Shown here: in pieces, positions 59,191 to 64,000 of the stretch
Layout: each line of letters begins with the position of its first letter
How positions within the stretch are numbered: the first letter of the stretch is position 1
From: Faecousia sp.
GTDB lineage: Bacteria; Bacillota; Clostridia; Oscillospirales; Oscillospiraceae
Assembly (NCBI GenBank): GCA_045589055.1
Contig: JAZNFH010000039.1
Coordinates: forward strand, 119 to 64,118
Reading direction: 5' to 3'
DNA length: 64,000 bases
Notes under the pieces: generated by a model
Database searches by the model: none
Told to the model about the DNA's origin: nothing
What the model saw: only the letters and a program-made list of their open reading frames with translations
Position numbers and translations under genes: made by a program

Positions 59191-60579
59191 ATGGCAACAG
59201 GAAAATTCCAGAAGCGCCGCCGCCATCTTGGCGGATGGATTTTGATTCTTGTATTGCTTGCCCTTGTGATTGCAATGGGCAGTGTCTATTTCTCCCTCGG
59301 TCCGGGCGGCAGGGATCCTGTCGAAACGACCACCACACCTACCACAGAAACTGTAAAACCAACCACCGAACCCACTACGGAGCCAACTACAGAACCCACA
59401 ACGGAACCAACCACAGTACCTACGGAGCCTTTTGTGGTCTCCACCGCTTCCGTCGGTGTCACCGGTGACCTGCTGATCCATTCTCCCGTTTATGAGGACG
59501 CCTACCAGGGAAACGGAGAATACGACTTCACCAGCATGTTCACCTATATGAGCGACTACTATGAGCGCTACGATTTCATGGTAGCCAATCTGGAAACCAC
59601 ATTGTCCGGTGCCGATGTCGGATACAACGGCTATCCCACCTTCAACTGCCCGGATGACATCGTAGATTCCATGAAGAATGTTGGCATCGACCTGCTGATC
59701 AACGCCAACAACCATACCTATGACCACGGCCACAAGGGCTTTATAAGAACACAGGAAGTTATGAATGAAAAGGGTATGCCCCATCTGGGTACCCGTCTTT
59801 CCGAAGATACGCCCCCCTATCTCATTCAGGATATCAACGGCATCAAGGTGGGCATGGTGTGCTACACCTATGAAACCGGCGACACCTCCGACGGTCGTAA
59901 GACCCTCAACGGCATCCCGGTATCCCACGATGATACCAATCTGATCAGCAGCTTCCACCCCAAGCATCTGGACGAATTCTATGTGGAGGTACGCACCGTT
60001 CTGGACAAGATGTACGAGGAAGGTGCCGAAGCCACCATGGTCTATATCCACTGGGGCGAAGAGTATCAGTTGAAGCAAAACGCCCAGCAATCGGAAATTG
60101 CACAAAATCTTTGCGAACTTGGTGTAGATGTGATTGTTGGCGGCCATCCCCATGTGATTCAGCCCTTTGAAACCCTCACCTCCTCCACCGGCCATCAAAC
60201 CTACTGCATCTACTCTGTAGGCAACGCCATCTCCAACCAGCGTCGGGAAAATATCAGCCAGACCCCCGAGGGTCACTGCGAGGACAGCATGATTTTCGGT
60301 GTGACCTTTGAGAAGTGGAACGATGGCAGCGTCAATGTTTCCGTCATCGATATTCTGCCCGTCTGGGTCATCCGCAACCGGAATAACGCCAATGGAAATA
60401 AATATTATGCCATTCCTCTGGATATCGCCAATGAGGACTGGGACCGCTTTGATATCCCCAATAAGAACTATCTCTACGGTTCATACAAACGCACCATGAA
60501 GATCGTCGGCGAAGGCCTGAACGCCTGCCGGGAAGCTCTTGGCTTGGAACCGCGTCCTATGACTGCAGAAGCTGAATAA
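59191..60579 (+). CDS. CapA family metallophosphoesterase, membrane-anchored, TTEP-repeat stalk
   Basis: GDLLIH, NLET, ANNHTYD, HWGEEY, GGHPHV, YSVGN. Confidence 0.9.
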   Translation: MATGKFQKRRRHLGGWILILVLLALVIAMGSVYFSLGPGGRDPVETTTTPTTETVKPTTEPTTEPTTEPTTEPTTVPTEPFVVSTASVGVTGDLLIHSPVYEDAYQGNGEYDFTSMFTYMSDYYERYDFMVANLETTLSGADVGYNGYPTFNCPDDIVDSMKNVGIDLLINANNHTYDHGHKGFIRTQEVMNEKGMPHLGTRLSEDTPPYLIQDINGIKVGMVCYTYETGDTSDGRKTLNGIPVSHDDTNLISSFHPKHLDEFYVEVRTVLDKMYEEGAEATMVYIHWGEEYQLKQNAQQSEIAQNLCELGVDVIVGGHPHVIQPFETLTSSTGHQTYCIYSVGNAISNQRRENISQTPEGHCEDSMIFGVTFEKWNDGSVNVSVIDILPVWVIRNRNNANGNKYYAIPLDIANEDWDRFDIPNKNYLYGSYKRTMKIVGEGLNACREALGLEPRPMTAEAE

Positions 60580-60646
60580 GTCAAATACCGGGCCTTTTGC
60601 GCCCGGTATTCCTATAAAAAGCACAAAGCAATAGAGAAATAGGCTA

Positions 60647-60675
60647 TTGACAAAAAGTAGGCAGCAGGTTATAAT
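60647..60675 (+). promoter_or_regulatory. sigmaA promoter of tRNA-Leu
   Basis: Perfect TTGACA-N17-TATAAT. Confidence 0.9.
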
Positions 60676-60688
60676 ACCTAAGTCACTT

Positions 60689-60771
60689 GCGAGAGTGTTG
60701 GAATGGTAGACAAGCACGTTTGAGGTGCGTGTGGTTTCGCCGTGTGGGTTCGAGTCCCATCTCTCGCACCA
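60689..60771 (+). tRNA. tRNA-Leu(GAG)
   Basis: GCGAGAG/CTCTCGC acceptor, loop TTGAGGT, variable arm, GGTTCGAGTCC, ACCA. Confidence 0.95.
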
Positions 60772-61251
60772 AAAAACCGGTTACCCTTCTGGGGTGACCG
60801 GTTTTTTTGCGGAGATGGGACTCGAAAGGCCGTCAATAAAACATGCCAGTGGCATGTTTTTAGGCCGTGGGAGAGTCCCGCAGATTTCAGACGCATCCCA
60901 CTGGGATGTGGATGAAATTTGCGAAAAGGCACCAAAAAACCGGTTACCCTTCTGGGGTGACCGGTTTTTTTGCGGAGATGGGACTCGAAAGGCCGTAATA
61001 AAACATGCCGGTGGCATGTTTTTAGGCCGTGGGAGAGTCCCGCAGATTTCAGACGCATCCCACTGGGATGTGGATGAAATTTGCAAAAAGGCACCAAAAA
61101 ACCGGTTACCCTTCTGGGGTGACCGGTTTTTTGGTGCGAGAGATGGGACTCGAAAGGCCGTAATAAAAACATGCCGGTGGCATGTTTTTAGGCCGTGGGA
61201 GAGTCCCGCAGATTTCAGACGCATCCCCCAGGGATGTTGATGAAATCTGCG
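60766..61251 (+). repeat. Three tandem ~162-bp tRNA-associated structured units
   Basis: Units start GCACCAAAAAACCGG at 60766, 60929 and 61091; near-identical; several hairpins each. Confidence 0.95.
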
Positions 61252-61252
61252 C

Positions 61253-61759
61253 TTATTCTTGCATATACAGCATCGTGCACGAACGATTGGTTACACTTCC
61301 GTCAATATACACCGCATGCTCCGATACCCGTTGGAAGCCACAGGCAAGGTGTGTCTTCAAGGATGCTGTGTTCCCCTTACCAACATGGGAATACAAAACC
61401 ACAGCCCCGCACTCACGCAAGGTACTCTGGACAGACCGGATCAGCTTCTTGGCATAGCCCATTGCGCGGTACTCCGGATGTGTTTCAAGGGCTTCTAACA
61501 GCAGACCATCCCGGTAAGGTTCCAGCCGCAGTGCCGAGCGGTATTCCCCCTTCTCTGCCCAAACTGCGTAGACCGCACCGTCCACCGCAAAGAACACTTC
61601 CCGCAAATACTGATAAAAATCCACTTCCACACGGTTTAAGGCAATTCCGTTCTCCTCCCGGGGATAAAACTCCGCCGCATTCTCGGCATTGCTTTCTGTG
61701 TAAACGCACATCAGCTTATCAAACCGTATCTCTGCCAAACTTTTTAATAACAGAAGCAT
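61253..61759 (-). CDS. GNAT family acetyltransferase
   Basis: LETHPEYRAMGYA, N.AS...H..CGF; GGAGG RBS. Confidence 0.88.
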   Translation of the reverse strand: MLLLLKSLAEIRFDKLMCVYTESNAENAAEFYPREENGIALNRVEVDFYQYLREVFFAVDGAVYAVWAEKGEYRSALRLEPYRDGLLLEALETHPEYRAMGYAKKLIRSVQSTLRECGAVVLYSHVGKGNTASLKTHLACGFQRVSEHAVYIDGSVTNRSCTMLYMQE

Positions 61760-61914
61760 TCCAATTCCTCCAGAAATAGTATTCAGCCAAAGCAGGAAGT
61801 TCGAAAGATTACAGCAAATTACAACATATTTCTCACAAAATTGTTACTCTTTTCCACCCTTCTTAATGGTTTTAGTTTTACAAAAACCGTGTTTTTCCAA
61901 CAATATCAAATAAG

Positions 61915-61944
61915 TTATTCACAGTATCCACAGGTTTTTCCACA
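61915..61944 (+). promoter_or_regulatory. DnaA-box cluster (three 1-mismatch boxes)
   Basis: TTATTCACA, GTATCCACA, TTTTCCACA co-oriented in an AT-rich intergenic region. Confidence 0.6.
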
Positions 61945-62091
61945 GGTTTTGTCGTGTAATTTCCTGTCGAACTTGGAAATGCCCCGTCGAATGCTGCATT
62001 ATTCTAACTTTTTCAATAGGTTTTTTACCCTATCCTCTTTTGAAATTCAGAACTTTTTGCGGTAATTTATAAATTATTGACCAATTGAAGG

Positions 62092-62125
62092 AAAATGCAG
62101 GAAGTATTTCAACTTCCTGCATTTT
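62092..62125 (-). terminator. Intrinsic terminator after tsaD
   Basis: AAAATGCAGGAAGT-ATTTCA-ACTTCCTGCATTTT. Confidence 0.85.
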
Positions 62126-62126
62126 G

Positions 62127-63143
62127 TTACAAACTTTCTCCTAAAATGGATTTTGTGGCATAGGCGTTCAGCTCCATGCCTGCGGTGTTTCCTGCAAGAA
62201 ATTCATAATATGCCTGTGCACCAATCATGGCGGCATTGTCACCGCACAAAGAAAGGGGCGGCATATACACGGTTGCGCCAAGGCCCTGAGCCGCTGCCAG
62301 GATATCCTGCCGGATCCGGGAATTGGCTGCAACACCACCGGCAACCGCCACCTTATTCCGACCGGTTTCCTGCAGCGCACGGGTCACCCGCGGCACCAGT
62401 GTGTCGGATACCGTCCGGCAGAAACTAGCACAGAGACTGTTGATATCCAATTCCTCGCCCACCTGCTGGGCGTGGTGGATCAGGTTCAGTGTTGCGGTTT
62501 TCAGTCCCGAGAAGCTCATATCATAGGGATTGACTCCCGTCTTTGCACAGGGCAGATCGTACTTTTTATCGTCACCCAACTGGGCAGCCTTGTCCAGTGC
62601 CGCACCGCCGGGGTAAGGCATCCCCAGTACACGGCCAACCTTGTCGAAGCACTCTCCGGCGGCATCATCCAGTGTGGTGCCCAGGATTTCCATTTTGGTG
62701 TAATCCTGTACATCGATAATCATGGTATGTCCACCGGAAACCACCAGACACAAAAATGGCGGTTCCAGTTCCGGATATGCCAGATAGTTGGCAGCAATAT
62801 GCCCCCGGATGTGGTGAACCGGGATTAAGGGTTTTCCCAGCGACAGTGCCGCCGCCTTGGCAAAATTCACGCCCACCAATACTGCACCGATCAGACCCGG
62901 TGCATAGGTAACGGCAACGGCATCGATATCGCCTCTTTTAAGGCCTGTCCGGAGCAGCGCTTCATCTGCCAGCGCATAGATCGCTTCCATATGTTTTCTG
63001 GATGCGATCTCCGGAACAACGCCGCCGTAGATCCGGTGCAGCTCCACCTGGGAAGCGATGCAATCCGTCAAAACATGTCTGCCATCTTGAACGATGGCAA
63101 CGGCGGTTTCATCGCAGGAAGATTCCACTGCCAGAATATTCAT
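62127..63143 (-). CDS. tsaD: tRNA threonylcarbamoyltransferase TsaD
   Basis: ESSCDET, GGVVPEIASR.H, HHIRGH, VSGGHT, DNAAMIG. Confidence 0.97.
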   Translation of the reverse strand: MNILAVESSCDETAVAIVQDGRHVLTDCIASQVELHRIYGGVVPEIASRKHMEAIYALADEALLRTGLKRGDIDAVAVTYAPGLIGAVLVGVNFAKAAALSLGKPLIPVHHIRGHIAANYLAYPELEPPFLCLVVSGGHTMIIDVQDYTKMEILGTTLDDAAGECFDKVGRVLGMPYPGGAALDKAAQLGDDKKYDLPCAKTGVNPYDMSFSGLKTATLNLIHHAQQVGEELDINSLCASFCRTVSDTLVPRVTRALQETGRNKVAVAGGVAANSRIRQDILAAAQGLGATVYMPPLSLCGDNAAMIGAQAYYEFLAGNTAGMELNAYATKSILGESL

Positions 63144-63583
63144 AGCTGCCACTCCTTTCTGAGAATCAGCGCATCCTCTCTGGGATTGCGGTAGTAATTG
63201 GGTCTGCGGCCCACAGAAACAAAGCCGAGCTTCTCATACAGCGCCTTTGCAGGCTCGTTGGAGGCACGAACTTCCAGAGTCAGACAATGCACACCGTTCC
63301 GGGCAAGAGTCGCCACCAATGCTTGTACCAGCTTTTCCGCAATGCCCTTGCGGCGTTGGGCAGGCAGCACTGCCACATTCATCATATCCGCTTCTCCCAT
63401 AACCGATTGGGAACCGATATAGCCGATCACGCAACCATCTTCCACCGCCACCACCCAAGCAGACAGCGGATTTGTCAGCTCACTGCGGACACTGGCTTCG
63501 CTCCATGGCATAGAAAAGCAGATTTTTTCCAGTGCTGCCACTTCCGCAACATGGGTTTCGTCCATCTTAACAATTTCCATCAT
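63140..63583 (-). CDS. rimI: Ribosomal protein S18 alanine N-acetyltransferase
   Basis: FSMPWS, NVAV.P..RRKG, LEVRASN, RPNYY. Confidence 0.93.
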   Translation of the reverse strand: MMEIVKMDETHVAEVAALEKICFSMPWSEASVRSELTNPLSAWVVAVEDGCVIGYIGSQSVMGEADMMNVAVLPAQRRKGIAEKLVQALVATLARNGVHCLTLEVRASNEPAKALYEKLGFVSVGRRPNYYRNPREDALILRKEWQL

Positions 63584-64000
63584 TTGGCGTCATACCAGCT
63601 CTTTCCCCATTTTGCTTCCGCCAGAAGCGGAACGGACAGCGAAGCCACCTGCTCCATCCGCTGACTGATCAAGGCAGCTACATTCTGGGCAATGGATTCC
63701 GGACATTCTACGATCAGTTCGTCGTGTACCTGCAGCAGAAGCTTAGCTTCCGGATAGTTTTCTTTCAGGGCTTTATACACGCAGACCATTGCCAGCTTGA
63801 TCAGATCGGCGGCAGTACCTTGAATGGGGGTATTCAGCGCGATCCGCTCCGCACCGGAGCGAACATTGAAATTGCTTGCCTTTAATTCGGGAATATAGCG
63901 TTTTCTGCCGTAAAGGGTCGTGGTGAAGCCGCACTCACGGGCATCCTCCACGACCTTTTTCATATAGTTCCGCACACCACGGTAATTGGCTAAATAATTG
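63580..64000 (-). CDS. polA: DNA polymerase I, 3' part (runs off the window)
   Basis: AERIALNTPIQGTAADLIK, LLQVHDEL. Confidence 0.95.
   Translation of the reverse strand, partial: NYLANYRGVRNYMKKVVEDARECGFTTTLYGRKRYIPELKASNFNVRSGAERIALNTPIQGTAADLIKLAMVCVYKALKENYPEAKLLLQVHDELIVECPESIAQNVAALISQRMEQVASLSVPLLAEAKWGKSWYDAK

Noticed and set aside
59325-59430. TTEP coding repeats in the CapA protein
   Set aside because: Ordinary Thr/Pro-rich stalk of surface proteins.
60678-61240. ORFs of 147-171 aa across the tRNA-Leu repeats (and similar ones at 20282-20716)
   Set aside because: Translations of tRNA and palindromic repeats; no RBS or domain.
60766-61251. Tandem array as CRISPR
   Set aside because: Units are near-identical over their whole length, with no unique spacers and no cas genes in the window.
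63140-64000. polA directly coupled to rimI-tsaD without tsaE/tsaB
   Set aside because: Gene-order shuffling; tsaB/tsaE are probably elsewhere and cannot be judged from this window.

Overview
Chromosomal core region of a spore-forming, probably gut-associated Clostridia (Oscillospiraceae-like, inferred from gene content). It carries housekeeping genes (pheST with T-box, addAB, ispE, GS-III, dut, recR-ybaB-dnaX with large SRP RNA, acpP, rluB, scpAB, rimI-tsaD, 3' end of polA), sporulation and germination genes (gerS-like, split sleC-like cluster, spoVAD/AE, dacB, ytfIJ, spoIID), three tRNAs (Ser-GGA, Pro-CGG, Leu-GAG) and two pseudogenes (ogt, LysR). I saw no CRISPR array, integrase or transposase. 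The most notable unexplained signals are four. (1) A structured ~160-190 bp element follows two different tRNAs (3 tandem copies at tRNA-Leu, 1 at tRNA-Pro); each copy has an antisense copy of its own host tRNA T-arm/3' end fused at the T-loop to a shared core with compensatory changes. (2) An antitoxin-less MazF/EndoA has two copies of its family's UACAU target, 35 nt apart, in its own leader. (3) An unannotated 49-aa, 86% Asn/Gln peptide lies behind spoVAE with a sigmaF/G-like promoter. (4) A SleC-like enzyme appears to have its pro-domain on a separate gene with a probable CTG start. All calls were made by eye; nothing was database-searched.
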